Assembly: GCA_963675665.1 (NCBI GenBank)
Contig: OY776510.1
Coordinates: 4,096,001-4,160,000 of the forward strand
Source of the DNA: Spirochaetia bacterium
GTDB lineage: Bacteria; Spirochaetota; Spirochaetia; UBA9216
Direction: 5' to 3'
Length of the DNA stretch: 64,000 bases
Every line of letters begins with the position of its first letter. Position 1 is the first letter of the stretch. Under the pieces are notes generated by a model that ran no database searches, had not been told where the DNA came from, and saw nothing but the letters and a program-made list of their open reading frames with translations. This document shows positions 46,898 to 57,000 of the stretch, piece by piece. The translations under genes were made by a program, and so were the position numbers.

Positions 46898-48190
46898 ATG
46901 CGTATTTTCAACAGATATTTTACCATTGCCCTAATCATAATTGCCGCCGTTTTTCTTTCATCCTGCCGTTCGCAATATATCGGATGGGGTGTTTTATATG
47001 TAGAAAACCCGGAAAACAATCTGGCTGCCGGAACCGTCCTTCCTGTTCTCCAGGAATCTGAAATCCGTGACGTTTATACAATTGAAGCCGCCGGCAAAGC
47101 CGCCGGAATCGATATCAGCCGCTGGAAAATATCTTTTCATGATAAAGAAACTGAAGCCGAAACATTTGCGGAAAACTATAAACAATGGACCGACATGTTT
47201 GCCGTGACCCTGCTTAACGGTTTATCTATCAGGGAAAACCCCGACGGCGAAGCAGAGAGGATTTACAAGCTTCGGGAAGGCCAGGTAGTAAAGATAATCG
47301 GCCGTGACAACGGCATGGTCAACATCGCCGATCATGACGGCTACTGGTATCTCGTACTTACTGAAGACGGAACATCGGGGTACTGTTTTGATAAAAACCT
47401 GAGAGTTTATGATTCAAAAGAAAGCAGCGCCGGAGCCTCAAATGTGCTGGATGCCGATCTTCTTCAGACTTTTCTCGACAGGGCGTTCAGGCCCGAATCT
47501 TTTAAGGAAATGATTCGCGAGAATTCGATTGACCTGTCAAAATTCAGAACAACCCACGGTATTTTTGCATACCCGGAAGAAAAAAAGGTTGTTCTTTCAA
47601 CCAGCGAACACCAGACTGTATTCGACTATACGGAAATTACGCAAAACAACAGCGGCAGGTTCATTTTTGAAGGTTCATCCCTTCAGGTTGAGATTCGCGG
47701 AGAAAACACAATTGCTGTTTATTATAATTACAACAGTAAGGAATATGCTGAAGTAATGGTTTATATCAGCAATATGGAAGAGCTGATAGAGGCCGAGCTT
47801 GAACGTCGCGATTTACTTTTTCAACAAATCGAAGAACTCGGCAGTGTTTCAAGCAGCGCATACGGCAGGATATCATTTGAGCAGGATAAAAAATTTACCT
47901 GGCAGAGCTATAAGCGACTGATTCCCAATGTTATTCCGGAAAACGCCGGAGAAAAAGGAAAGCTTTCGCTTAATTACTTTCCCGGCATTTCACTCAGAAA
48001 TGATTACGACGGTGTATTGTCTTTCGCTTTTGATAATATTCCCGGCGGCGGACTTGTTAATTTCCTGTTTGAATTATCCGATCTGGGGATCAAACTTGTT
48101 TATGTTCCGCAGTCTGATATAAAAAAAGGCAAGGTAGAACAGGAAAGCGCTTCTCCTCTGGTCATTTTCATGTCCGGCGCGGGGGAATAG
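46898..48190 (+). CDS. SH3-domain lipoprotein (spirochaete type)
   Basis: Lipobox LSSC; GLSIRENP...YKLREGQ...WYLVLTEDGTSGYCF SH3b pattern; SD GGAGG. Confidence 0.85.
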   Translation: MRIFNRYFTIALIIIAAVFLSSCRSQYIGWGVLYVENPENNLAAGTVLPVLQESEIRDVYTIEAAGKAAGIDISRWKISFHDKETEAETFAENYKQWTDMFAVTLLNGLSIRENPDGEAERIYKLREGQVVKIIGRDNGMVNIADHDGYWYLVLTEDGTSGYCFDKNLRVYDSKESSAGASNVLDADLLQTFLDRAFRPESFKEMIRENSIDLSKFRTTHGIFAYPEEKKVVLSTSEHQTVFDYTEITQNNSGRFIFEGSSLQVEIRGENTIAVYYNYNSKEYAEVMVYISNMEELIEAELERRDLLFQQIEELGSVSSSAYGRISFEQDKKFTWQSYKRLIPNVIPENAGEKGKLSLNYFPGISLRNDYDGVLSFAFDNIPGGGLVNFLFELSDLGIKLVYVPQSDIKKGKVEQESASPLVIFMSGAGE

Positions 48191-48207
48191 GAGCTTCGTT
48201 TATAACA

Positions 48208-50160
48208 ATGGCATTTGTACAGCTAAATAATATTTCACTCAGCTTCGGGGACCGCCGAATTATTGAAAACGTCAATCTGAATATTTCTCATAACAGCAAA
48301 ACGGCCCTTTCCGGCGGGAACGGAAGCGGAAAATCGACGCTGATGAAGATAATTGCCGGTCTGAGCCCATCCGACAGCGGTGAAATCATAAAGGATAAGT
48401 TGTCGCGTGTTGCATATCTGCCCCAGTCGGGTATAATCCTCAGCGGAAAAAAACTGATTGAAGATGCGGAAAGCGCTTATGATTATATTATTCCCGTTAT
48501 AAAGGAAAAAGAAAGCGTAGAGCATGAGCTTTCAGAATCCAGGGAAGATTCCGGCGGAACGGAAACCAGGCTTGAACGTCTGCACGAACTGCAGGAGCAT
48601 ATAACCGAAAGCGGCTATTATTCCAGACGTGAAAATGCGGCAATTATTCTTACAGGCCTCGGGTTTTCCCAAACAGACCTGAACCGTACAACCGATGAGT
48701 TTTCGGGAGGCTGGCAGATGCGTATTGCCCTTGCCCGCCTGCTGCTGTCAAAACCCGATATAATGCTTCTCGACGAACCGACAAACTACCTGGACATTGA
48801 GGCGCGCAACTGGCTTGAAGATTACCTGAATGCATACAGCGGAGGCTTTATTGTTGTTTCACACGATCGATATTTTCTTGATTCTACGGTAAATGAGGTG
48901 GCTGAGCTGTTCAACGGCAAACTGAAAATATACAAAGGTAATTTTACAGCCTATGAAAAGCGGCGCGAGATAGAGCTTCAACAGCTGTTAAAAGATTACA
49001 GCCGCCAGCAGGAAGAAATAGCCAAAACCGAAGAATTTATCAACAGGTTCAGATACAAGGAATCCAAAGCCAGGCAGGTCCAGAGCCGTATAAAACAGCT
49101 TGAAAAAATTGAAAAAATTGTTCTGCCGGAAAACATGAAAAAGATTCATTTTCATTTTCCACAGCCGCCGCATTCGGGAAAACAGGTCCTGAAGATCAGC
49201 AACCTTTACAAGGCCTATGGAGATCTCAGAGTTATAAACAATCTTGAACTACAGCTTGAGGCCGGCGAGAAACTGGTAATTGCAGGCAAAAACGGCGCAG
49301 GTAAATCAACCCTGATGAGGATTGTCGCCGGCATTGATTCGGAATTTTCCGGAGAAATAATATACGGAAGCGGCGTTTCCGCAGGATACTTTTCACAGGA
49401 TGTCGATAATGCACTCACGCCCGGCCTGAACGTCCTTCAGGAGATGGAATCTGCGGCGCCTACTCATCTGATACCTGATCTGCGTGGAATGCTCGGAGCG
49501 TTTCTGTTTCGCGGAGACGATATCTTCAAAACAACCGACATCCTCAGCGGAGGCGAAAAAAACCGTCTGGCGCTGCTGAAACTGCTTCTGCATCCTTCGA
49601 ACCTTTTAATCCTCGATGAACCGACGAACCATCTTGATCTCCAGTCCAAGGATGTTCTGCTTGAAGCGCTGAAAAACTATAACGGAACACTTATTTTCGT
49701 CTCGCATGACAGGTATTTTATAGAACGTCTTGCAACAAAGGTCCTTGAAATAGAAGACGGCAGCCACCGGCTGTTTCCGGGTGATTATGAATATTATCTC
49801 TGGCGCAGGGAACAGGAAGCTCTCGGTGAAACAGACTATACTCCGGCTGCAGTTTTAAAAACATCTGAAACAGAAATTATTTCTGCCGGGAAGCTGAGTC
49901 ATCAGGAAGAAAAACGAGTTAAAAACAGGCTTCGGAAAATCGAACGTGAAGAAGAGGATATAATTGCGAGGGTGGAAATACTTGAGGCAGAAGCAGAGGA
50001 ACTGGAAAAAAGACTGCATGATCCGGATATTTACTCATCCGCACAGAAAGCCCGGGAAGTGCAGCAGGCAATAAAGGAGAAAGAAACTCTGCAGGCGGAA
50101 CTTCTTGAACAATGGGAAACACTTGAAGCCGAAAAATCAGAATTGGAGATCGGGTACTGA
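48208..50160 (+). CDS. ABC-F family ATP-binding protein
   Basis: GGNGSGKST, FSGGWQMR, LLDEPTN, GKNGAGKST, LSGGEKNR; C-terminal coiled coil; no TM. Confidence 0.96.
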   Translation: MAFVQLNNISLSFGDRRIIENVNLNISHNSKTALSGGNGSGKSTLMKIIAGLSPSDSGEIIKDKLSRVAYLPQSGIILSGKKLIEDAESAYDYIIPVIKEKESVEHELSESREDSGGTETRLERLHELQEHITESGYYSRRENAAIILTGLGFSQTDLNRTTDEFSGGWQMRIALARLLLSKPDIMLLDEPTNYLDIEARNWLEDYLNAYSGGFIVVSHDRYFLDSTVNEVAELFNGKLKIYKGNFTAYEKRREIELQQLLKDYSRQQEEIAKTEEFINRFRYKESKARQVQSRIKQLEKIEKIVLPENMKKIHFHFPQPPHSGKQVLKISNLYKAYGDLRVINNLELQLEAGEKLVIAGKNGAGKSTLMRIVAGIDSEFSGEIIYGSGVSAGYFSQDVDNALTPGLNVLQEMESAAPTHLIPDLRGMLGAFLFRGDDIFKTTDILSGGEKNRLALLKLLLHPSNLLILDEPTNHLDLQSKDVLLEALKNYNGTLIFVSHDRYFIERLATKVLEIEDGSHRLFPGDYEYYLWRREQEALGETDYTPAAVLKTSETEIISAGKLSHQEEKRVKNRLRKIEREEEDIIARVEILEAEAEELEKRLHDPDIYSSAQKAREVQQAIKEKETLQAELLEQWETLEAEKSELEIGY

Positions 50161-50175
50161 TACCCGAAATTATAA

Positions 50176-51114
50176 ATGGAAATTTTAATTCATATACTTA
50201 CGCATAATCTTATTCCCATTTTTGTTATGATTGGAACAGGAATTCTGCTCGGCAGGAAATTCGACCTTCACATACAGACCTTAAGCAAACTTAATATTTA
50301 CGCTTTTATGCCTACTTTTACATTTGTGGCTATCTACACAAGCGATTTATCTGTAAATATAGGAACAACTCTGATTTTTCTCGCTGTCTATCTGCTGATC
50401 AACACTGCAATAGCATATACCGCAGCAGGAATAATGCGGATGAAAGGAAACAAAAAATACGTTCTGCTCAATTCCGTAATCATGTATAACACAGGGAACA
50501 TCGGGATTCCGTTAATCACTCTAATTTTTGCCGGAAGCCCTTACCTGAATCAGGCTCTGGTAATCCAGATTACGGTAATGCTCAGCCAGGTTGTGATAGG
50601 AAGCACCCTTGGATTCTACAACGCCGGAAGAGGCGCAATGCACTGGAAAGATTCCATCATCAGCGTTATAAAATTACCTACAATTTACGCAATTATTGCT
50701 GCTATTATTCTCAAAAAGTTTAACTATGATTTTACTCAAAATTTTGTATGGCCGGCATTTATTTATACAAAACAGGCAATGATAGGCTTTGTGCTGATTA
50801 CTCTTGGCGTACAGTTGTCCGCAACAAAACCCGGCAAGGGAGATTCGGAAGTTGCCGTTGTTGTAGCCCTGAGACTGCTTGCCGGTCCGGCCGCAGCATT
50901 TCTTCTTCTAAAGCTTGCAGGAATACAGGGGATTCTTGCCCAGGTACTGTTTATCTCGTCAGCCGCACCGACCGCCGTGACATCCGCTTTAATTTCGATT
51001 GAGCGTAATTGCGAGCCTGAATTTGCCGCAAAAGTTGTCATGTATTCAACCTTATTCTGCGCCCTGACGTTTATTTTTGTTGTATACTTTTCCAGAATAC
51101 TGTTTCCGGTCTAA
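50176..51114 (+). CDS. AEC family transporter
   Basis: NTGNIGIPL, LPTIYA, LRLLAGP, AAPTAV; multiple TMs. Confidence 0.92.
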   Translation: MEILIHILTHNLIPIFVMIGTGILLGRKFDLHIQTLSKLNIYAFMPTFTFVAIYTSDLSVNIGTTLIFLAVYLLINTAIAYTAAGIMRMKGNKKYVLLNSVIMYNTGNIGIPLITLIFAGSPYLNQALVIQITVMLSQVVIGSTLGFYNAGRGAMHWKDSIISVIKLPTIYAIIAAIILKKFNYDFTQNFVWPAFIYTKQAMIGFVLITLGVQLSATKPGKGDSEVAVVVALRLLAGPAAAFLLLKLAGIQGILAQVLFISSAAPTAVTSALISIERNCEPEFAAKVVMYSTLFCALTFIFVVYFSRILFPV

Positions 51115-51128
51115 CTTTATTGGAGGAT

Positions 51129-51250
51129 TGATAAAAAGTCAAAAAGTATGCAGTACTTTACATAACTTTTTATCATTTTGAAATTTCCAAACTTTGTTTG
51201 AAAACTTTATCACGCCGACCACCATCCATGGTGGAAGGTTTTACAGGAGG
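51129..51250. repeat. Composite three-hairpin element, copy C (upstream of xth)
   Basis: TGATAAAAAGT / ACTTTTTATCA (51129-51175), CAAAC-TTT-GTTTG core (51188-51200), CCACC-ATCCAT-GGTGG (51219-51234), SD AGGAGG 51245-51250. Confidence 0.75.
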
Positions 51251-51254
51251 GATT

Positions 51255-52016
51255 TTGAAAACTTTTATATCATGGAATGTAAACGGCATCAGGGCAGCTG
51301 AAAAAAAGGGATTGTTCAACTGGATAGCCGAAAAAAATGCCGATTTCGTCTGTCTTCAGGAGACAAAAGCCCAAACGGAGCAGCTTGACGAAACATTTAC
51401 AGCCCCTGAAGGCTATAAATCATGGTTCGCGTCAGCCGAAAAAAAAGGATACAGCGGGGTTGTCACTTACGCAAAGGAAACGCCTCTTTCAGCAGCGACT
51501 CTGAATATAGATGAATTCGATGCTGAAGGGCGAAGCATAATACTTGAGTACCCTGAATATAAACTGATTAACTGTTACTTTCCGAACAGTCAGGAAGAGG
51601 GGAAACGTCTCGATTACAAAATAAGATTCTGTAACGCCGTCATGGACTACTGCGACAAAACCGTTTCGGAAGGGAAAAACATCATCCTTTGCGGAGATTA
51701 CAATGTTGCGCATAAGCCCATAGACCTGGCAAACCCCACACGCAACGAAAAGAATCCCGGTTATCTTCCGGAAGAACGCGCCTGGATGGACAAATTTACA
51801 GGAGCCGGTTATATCGATACATTCAGGAAGTTCTGTCCCGACCCCGACCGCTACAGCTGGTGGTCGTACCGGTTCAAGGCGCGTGATAAAAATGTCGGCT
51901 GGCGTATCGATTATTTCTGCGTAAATCCCGGCATAGAAGATAAACTTGAAAGCGCGGATATACTCGACCAGGTTATGGGCTCGGATCACTGCCCCGTCGA
52001 ACTGGTGCTGAAGTAG
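51255..52016 (+). CDS. xth: Exodeoxyribonuclease III
   Basis: SWNVNGIRA, LQETK, GYSGV, YFPN, GDYNVAH, WWSYR, GWRIDY, SDHCP; TTG start after AGGAGG. Confidence 0.96.
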   Translation: MKTFISWNVNGIRAAEKKGLFNWIAEKNADFVCLQETKAQTEQLDETFTAPEGYKSWFASAEKKGYSGVVTYAKETPLSAATLNIDEFDAEGRSIILEYPEYKLINCYFPNSQEEGKRLDYKIRFCNAVMDYCDKTVSEGKNIILCGDYNVAHKPIDLANPTRNEKNPGYLPEERAWMDKFTGAGYIDTFRKFCPDPDRYSWWSYRFKARDKNVGWRIDYFCVNPGIEDKLESADILDQVMGSDHCPVELVLK

Positions 52017-52022
52017 AGGTTT

Positions 52023-52259
52023 ATGAAGGTAACAAATAAAAACCTGGGCAAATTTATCGGGTTTCTAATCATCTTTGCCGTTGCAGGCACGCTTGCATGG
52101 GACCTTATAGAGGTGCTTCTGAATGCGGCAGGGCTTCCTGTCCGGCTTCATGCCGGTCCTGTAGGGTTTGATATCGATGTACTGTCTGTTTATATCTTCG
52201 TTAATCCCGGAACATTTCTCGGTGGAGCCGCCGGATGGTTTCTATTCAGGAAAATATGA
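52023..52259 (+). CDS. Small membrane protein (DUF4321-like)
   Basis: 78 aa, two hydrophobic segments, NPGTFLG; overlaps maf start. Confidence 0.75.
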   Translation: MKVTNKNLGKFIGFLIIFAVAGTLAWDLIEVLLNAAGLPVRLHAGPVGFDIDVLSVYIFVNPGTFLGGAAGWFLFRKI

Positions 52260-52843
52260 ACGGGTTTATACTGGCGTCAGCATCACCCAGGAGACAGGAA
52301 ATTTTGTCCCGCATGGGTATCACCTTTACAGTCAGACCGCAGGATGTAGATGAAAACTTTGAAGGACTGCCTGCATCTGAAGAGGCTGTCAGAATAGCAG
52401 TAAAGAAAGTCAGCGCCTGTATTGATGATGGCTGCGGATCCGCCTGCTGGATTCTGGGCGCCGATACATTTATTGATTTCGATGGGGAGCTCATTGGCAA
52501 ACCGCAGAACCGTTCATCAGCCTTTGCTATGCTGGAACGCCTTTCCGGCCGCACACATTCTGTTATAACCGGCCTGGCGCTTAATGTTCCCGGCGAAAAT
52601 GAACCGAATATTGCAACCTCCTGGTGCAGAACAGATGTTACCTTTTCAATACTGGAAAATGATGAAATTGAATGGTATCTCGATACCGATGAATGGAAAG
52701 GAGCCGCGGCAGCCTACCGGATACAGGAAAAAGGAGCCTTCTTCGTTAACTCAATAACAGGCTCTTATTCAAATGTAATGGGGTTGCCAATTAATACATT
52801 TTATGGCATGCTCAGGGCGAATAATTATAACTTCCGAAACTGA
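52256..52843 (+). CDS. maf: Maf family nucleotide pyrophosphatase
   Basis: ILASASPRR, VDE, GADT, GKP, LSGRTH, AYRIQ, GSYSNVMGLP. Confidence 0.95.
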   Translation: MNGFILASASPRRQEILSRMGITFTVRPQDVDENFEGLPASEEAVRIAVKKVSACIDDGCGSACWILGADTFIDFDGELIGKPQNRSSAFAMLERLSGRTHSVITGLALNVPGENEPNIATSWCRTDVTFSILENDEIEWYLDTDEWKGAAAAYRIQEKGAFFVNSITGSYSNVMGLPINTFYGMLRANNYNFRN

Positions 52844-52867
52844 ACCGGCTTATACCGGTTTCTTTTT
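52843..52867 (+). terminator. Probable terminator after maf
   Basis: AACCGG-CTTATA-CCGGTT followed by TCTTTTT. Confidence 0.5.
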
Positions 52868-52984
52868 CGAGAAAAAGAGAAGGATAAGTAACGACCTTCG
52901 GTCGTTTTGAACAAACTTTGTTTGTTCTCGCGATTGAATGGATATATTGAACCGGTCGTTGCTGAAAGAACTCAGGAGGACAAA

Positions 52985-53920
52985 TTGGCAGTAGTAACAA
53001 TGAAGAACCTGCTTGAGTCAGGTGTACATTTCGGACACCAGACCAAGAGGTGGGATCCGAGGATGAAAAAATTCATCTTCGCAGAAAGGAACGGGATTCA
53101 TATCATCGACCTTCAGAAAACAATAGTTTCCATCAAGGAAGCATATGAAGTTGTCAGAAATCTTGTTCACAACGGGCAGACTGTTCTGTTCGTAGGCACC
53201 AAAAAGCAGGCACAGGCGGCCATTCAGCGCGAAGCTGAAAGATGCGGTATGTTTTATGTAAACAATCGGTGGCTGGGCGGTATGCTTACAAACTTTTCAA
53301 CAATCAAAAAATCAATTCTCAGACTTAAAAAGATTGAAAAGATGGAGGTTGACGGAACCTTCGAAAGCCTCACAAAGAAAGAGGTTGCAAAACTCAATCG
53401 GGAAAAAGCAAAACTGGAAAAGAACCTCGGCGGAATCAAGGAAATGAAAGACCTGCCGGGCGCAATTTTTATCATCGATACAAGAAAAGAAGCAATTGCT
53501 GTTGCTGAAGCAAAGCGAATGGGAATTCCTGTAATCGCCATAGTTGATACAAACTGCGATCCTACAGATATTGATTATCCGGTTCCCGGAAATGATGATG
53601 CCATCAGGGCAATTACTCTGTTTACCCAGATTATCGCTAATGCTGTTGTTGAAGCCGATAACGAAATAGGTCTTGAAGTTATTGAGACTCTTCAGGATGA
53701 TGACGATGAAGACGGAATGTCTTTCAGCAGCGGCAGATCGGACAAAGACGATTATGACGACGACGACGATGACGACGACGATGAAAGCGATGATGAGAGT
53801 GAATCTGATGAACCTGAAACTGAAGAAGTTTATGATTCAGAAGCCGCTGAAGAACCTGAAGCCGAAGATGATTCTCAAACTGAAGAATCTGATAAAGAAG
53901 AGACCACAGGAGAAAAATAG
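52985..53920 (+). CDS. rpsB: 30S ribosomal protein S2 with long acidic C-terminal extension
   Basis: [43 protein letters not shown]; TTG start after AGGAGG. Confidence 0.98.
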   Translation: MAVVTMKNLLESGVHFGHQTKRWDPRMKKFIFAERNGIHIIDLQKTIVSIKEAYEVVRNLVHNGQTVLFVGTKKQAQAAIQREAERCGMFYVNNRWLGGMLTNFSTIKKSILRLKKIEKMEVDGTFESLTKKEVAKLNREKAKLEKNLGGIKEMKDLPGAIFIIDTRKEAIAVAEAKRMGIPVIAIVDTNCDPTDIDYPVPGNDDAIRAITLFTQIIANAVVEADNEIGLEVIETLQDDDDEDGMSFSSGRSDKDDYDDDDDDDDDESDDESESDEPETEEVYDSEAAEEPEAEDDSQTEESDKEETTGEK

Positions 53921-54766
53921 ATGGCAGACGTTAAACCAGCTGATGTAAAAAAACTCCGGGACAAGACCGGAGCAGGTATGTTGGATTGCAAAAAAGCTCT
54001 TGTTGAAGCTGACGGAGATTTCGCCAAAGCCGAAAAGCTTCTCAAGGAACAGGGCCTTGCTGCAGCAGCGAAAAGAAGCGACCGCGCAACTAACGAAGGG
54101 CGCGTTTTCACCAAAATAGAAAACAACAAGGCGGGAATTGTCGAACTTGCATGTGAAACCGACTTTGTTGCACGAAATGAAAACTTCATTAATGCCGGAA
54201 CAGAACTTCTTGACGCAATAGTCAGAGACAGTCTTTCCGAAATAACACCTGAGCTTGAAGAACAGGTTAAAATGGTAATCAGTAAGATCAAGGAAAATAT
54301 CTCTATCAAGAGATTTAAGACCTTTGACCTTGCAGACAGCGAATTCTGTATGGACTATATCCATGGCGAAGGCGGAATCGGCGTACTTGTAAAGATGTCC
54401 GCAGACAACAAAAGCCTTTTTGAGAATGAGAAGGTAAAAGAATTCGCTTTTGACTGTGCGCTTCATATTGCAGCCTTCAACCCGCTTTACCTTTCCAAAG
54501 ACGATGTGGACGAAGCATATCTTAACGAACAGACTGAAATATTCATGAAGCAGGCCCAGAATCTCGGCAAGCCGGAGAATGTTCTTCAGGGAATTGTAAA
54601 AGGTAAACTCGGCAAGCATTTTTCACAAATTTGCCTTCTTGATCAGCCTTTCGTAAAAGATGACAAAAACAGCCTTCAAAAGGTTCTTGACTCTGTCGGC
54701 AAAGAAGCCGGCGGCAAACTTAAAATCGAAGACTTTGTATATTACAGAGTCGGAGTGGAAGAATAG
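53921..54766 (+). CDS. tsf: Translation elongation factor Ts
   Basis: VKKLRDKTGAGMLDCKKAL, CETDFVA, KIKENI, HIAA. Confidence 0.98.
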   Translation: MADVKPADVKKLRDKTGAGMLDCKKALVEADGDFAKAEKLLKEQGLAAAAKRSDRATNEGRVFTKIENNKAGIVELACETDFVARNENFINAGTELLDAIVRDSLSEITPELEEQVKMVISKIKENISIKRFKTFDLADSEFCMDYIHGEGGIGVLVKMSADNKSLFENEKVKEFAFDCALHIAAFNPLYLSKDDVDEAYLNEQTEIFMKQAQNLGKPENVLQGIVKGKLGKHFSQICLLDQPFVKDDKNSLQKVLDSVGKEAGGKLKIEDFVYYRVGVEE

Positions 54767-54868
54767 ATTTAATCCGCCTGACGTCAGAGCCCCTGTCGTC
54801 ACGGCGGCAGTTCGAAAGACCATCAGCTGCTCTGAAAAGAGCAGCCGCTTTCCTACAAGGAGATAAAA

Positions 54869-55423
54869 ATGCAGGAATCAATTTCAAAAGCCGAAAGCAA
54901 GATGAAAAAAACTCTTGCGGCACTAGAAGATGAATTCAAAACAATACGTACCGGCCGGGCATCAGCAGCACTTTTCGACCAGGTAAAGGTTGAAGCATAC
55001 GGTACGCCCACCCCGCTGAGTCAGGTTGCAACCGTCTCGGTTCCCGAAGCCAGACTTGTTGTAATTCAGCCCTGGGACAAGGGACTCCTTTCCGAGATCG
55101 AACGTGCCATACAAAAATCAGAACTTTCAGTTAATCCCAGCAACGACGGCAAGGTAATAAGAATAAACATTCCGCCCCTTACTGAAGACCGCAGAAAAGA
55201 ATTCGTCAAGGTTGCAAAAAACATGGCGGAACAAAGCCGTGTTGCAATAAGAAATATCCGCCGTGAAGCTAACGAAATTCTTAAGAAAAAACAGAAAAGC
55301 AGCGAAATAACAGAAGACGATGAAAAGAAAGGAACTGACGAGACTCAGAAACTTACTGATAAATATATTAATGATATCAACACCCTTCTCGAAGATAAAG
55401 AAAAGGAAATAATGGAAATTTAA
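54869..55423 (+). CDS. frr: Ribosome recycling factor
   Basis: IRTGRA, IQPWD, PPLTEDRR, RVAIRNIRR. Confidence 0.98.
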   Translation: MQESISKAESKMKKTLAALEDEFKTIRTGRASAALFDQVKVEAYGTPTPLSQVATVSVPEARLVVIQPWDKGLLSEIERAIQKSELSVNPSNDGKVIRINIPPLTEDRRKEFVKVAKNMAEQSRVAIRNIRREANEILKKKQKSSEITEDDEKKGTDETQKLTDKYINDINTLLEDKEKEIMEI

Positions 55424-55429
55424 ATATAG

Positions 55430-56152
55430 ATGACGGATTTTCGGATTGATAAAAACAATCTGCCGCCTCATATCGCATTCATTATGGACGGAAACGGCAG
55501 GTGGGCTAAACAACAGGGCAAACCCCGGACAGCCGGACACAGGGAAGGACTTGAAGCAGCCAAGCGGATAGTTAAAGCTGCATCAGAAATGGGAATAAAA
55601 TATGTTACCCTTTACACCTTCTCTACGGAGAACTGGAAACGTACCAGGGACGAAGTATCTTTCCTGATGAATCTTATTAATCTGCATTTAAAAAAAGAAA
55701 TGGATTTTTACAGAAAGAACAGGATCCGGGTTGTTCACAGCGGAGATTCTTCGGCTTTACCCTTATCCGTCAGGCAGGAAATCAACTCCGTAATACAGTC
55801 AACATCAGACTTCAGCGGCACTTCGGTAAATCTCGCTATTAATTACGGAGGAAGGGATGAAATTGTCCGCTCGGTTAACAGATGGCTGGACAACCGGGAA
55901 TCAATAGGCAACCCGCAACTTACCGAAGCTGCAATATCGGAAAATCTGGACTGCCCTGATTTTCCGGATCCGGATCTGATCATCAGAACAGCCGGCGAAC
56001 AGCGTCTGAGCAATTTCCTTATCTGGCAGTGTGCTTATGCTGAATTCTACTACAGCAGTAAATTCTGGCCGGAATGGAACTCTTCCGATCTTGAAGAGGC
56101 TGTTTTGGATTATCAAAAGCGAAACAGAAAATTTGGCGGTATAAATGAATAA
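55430..56152 (+). CDS. uppS: Undecaprenyl/isoprenyl diphosphate synthase
   Basis: HIAFIMDGNGRWA, FSTENWKR, NYGGR, RTAGEQRLSNFL. Confidence 0.98.
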   Translation: MTDFRIDKNNLPPHIAFIMDGNGRWAKQQGKPRTAGHREGLEAAKRIVKAASEMGIKYVTLYTFSTENWKRTRDEVSFLMNLINLHLKKEMDFYRKNRIRVVHSGDSSALPLSVRQEINSVIQSTSDFSGTSVNLAINYGGRDEIVRSVNRWLDNRESIGNPQLTEAAISENLDCPDFPDPDLIIRTAGEQRLSNFLIWQCAYAEFYYSSKFWPEWNSSDLEEAVLDYQKRNRKFGGINE

Positions 56153-56990
56153 TCTGGTTAAAAGAATACTTCTGGCGGTGTTCGCCATTCCTCTTCTGCT
56201 TGTTTTAATCTTCTTTCTTCCCCATTATCATCATCTTCTGTTGAATCTGGTGATTACCGGCTTGTCAGTACTCGGTGGACTCGAAGCCCGCAGATTGTTT
56301 TTGAAAAGAAAAACGGTGCTTAACCCGGTTAAGTCCGCAATTACTGCAGCAGTCTTTCCACTTTTCAGTATATTTGTAGTACTTGGTTATCTTCCGGAAA
56401 AAATGATCATACCTCTTCTTGCATTATCGATAAGCGTCCTTTTCATCAGGGAAGCTCTGATGCGTAGACAGGATTTAATCCAGTCGGTACTTGAAAGATT
56501 GCCGGCATACAGCTTTCTGCTGATTTTTCCCGGGTTCTTCATGTCGTTTCTTATAAGGCTTAATGCCTTTCCGAATTCTTCGCTGCTGCTGATAATTTTT
56601 CTGACCTTTGTGTTCAGCAACGATACTTTCGCTTACTTTACAGGGATGTTATTCGGAAAAAACAACAGGGGAATTTTCGCCGTAAGCCCGAAAAAAAGCA
56701 TTGCCGGTCTTATAGGCGGAATAGCGACATCCGGTATTGCCGGATATTTATACTACATCTTCTTTCCCGATATTTTTAATAATAACCCTGTCTATGCACT
56801 GTTTACCGGATTCGCAATCGGTTTTACATCGGTTATAGGCGACCTTGTAGAATCAGCATTGAAACGTTCTGCGGATGAAAAGGACAGCGGTACCCTTATG
56901 GGAGGCCGCGGCGGAGTCCTGGATTCTATTGACTCAGTACTGTTCAGCGCCCCGCTTTATTATTATTTGATTTACTTTTTTCAGAAATAA
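56145..56990 (+). CDS. cdsA: Phosphatidate cytidylyltransferase
   Basis: DTFAY, SPKKS, GDLVESALKR, KDSG, GGVLDSIDS. Confidence 0.97.
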   Translation: MNNLVKRILLAVFAIPLLLVLIFFLPHYHHLLLNLVITGLSVLGGLEARRLFLKRKTVLNPVKSAITAAVFPLFSIFVVLGYLPEKMIIPLLALSISVLFIREALMRRQDLIQSVLERLPAYSFLLIFPGFFMSFLIRLNAFPNSSLLLIIFLTFVFSNDTFAYFTGMLFGKNNRGIFAVSPKKSIAGLIGGIATSGIAGYLYYIFFPDIFNNNPVYALFTGFAIGFTSVIGDLVESALKRSADEKDSGTLMGGRGGVLDSIDSVLFSAPLYYYLIYFFQK

Positions 56991-57000
56991 GAGTTTTAAA

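Noticed and set aside
53695-53800. GAC/GAT trinucleotide run as a VNTR or CRISPR-like repeat
   Set aside because: It is in-frame coding for the acidic S2 tail, with mixed codons and no spacers
54767-54868. Absence of pyrH between tsf and frr
   Set aside because: The rpsB-tsf-frr order without pyrH is normal in Treponema and Borrelia, so it is a lineage trait rather than a deletion
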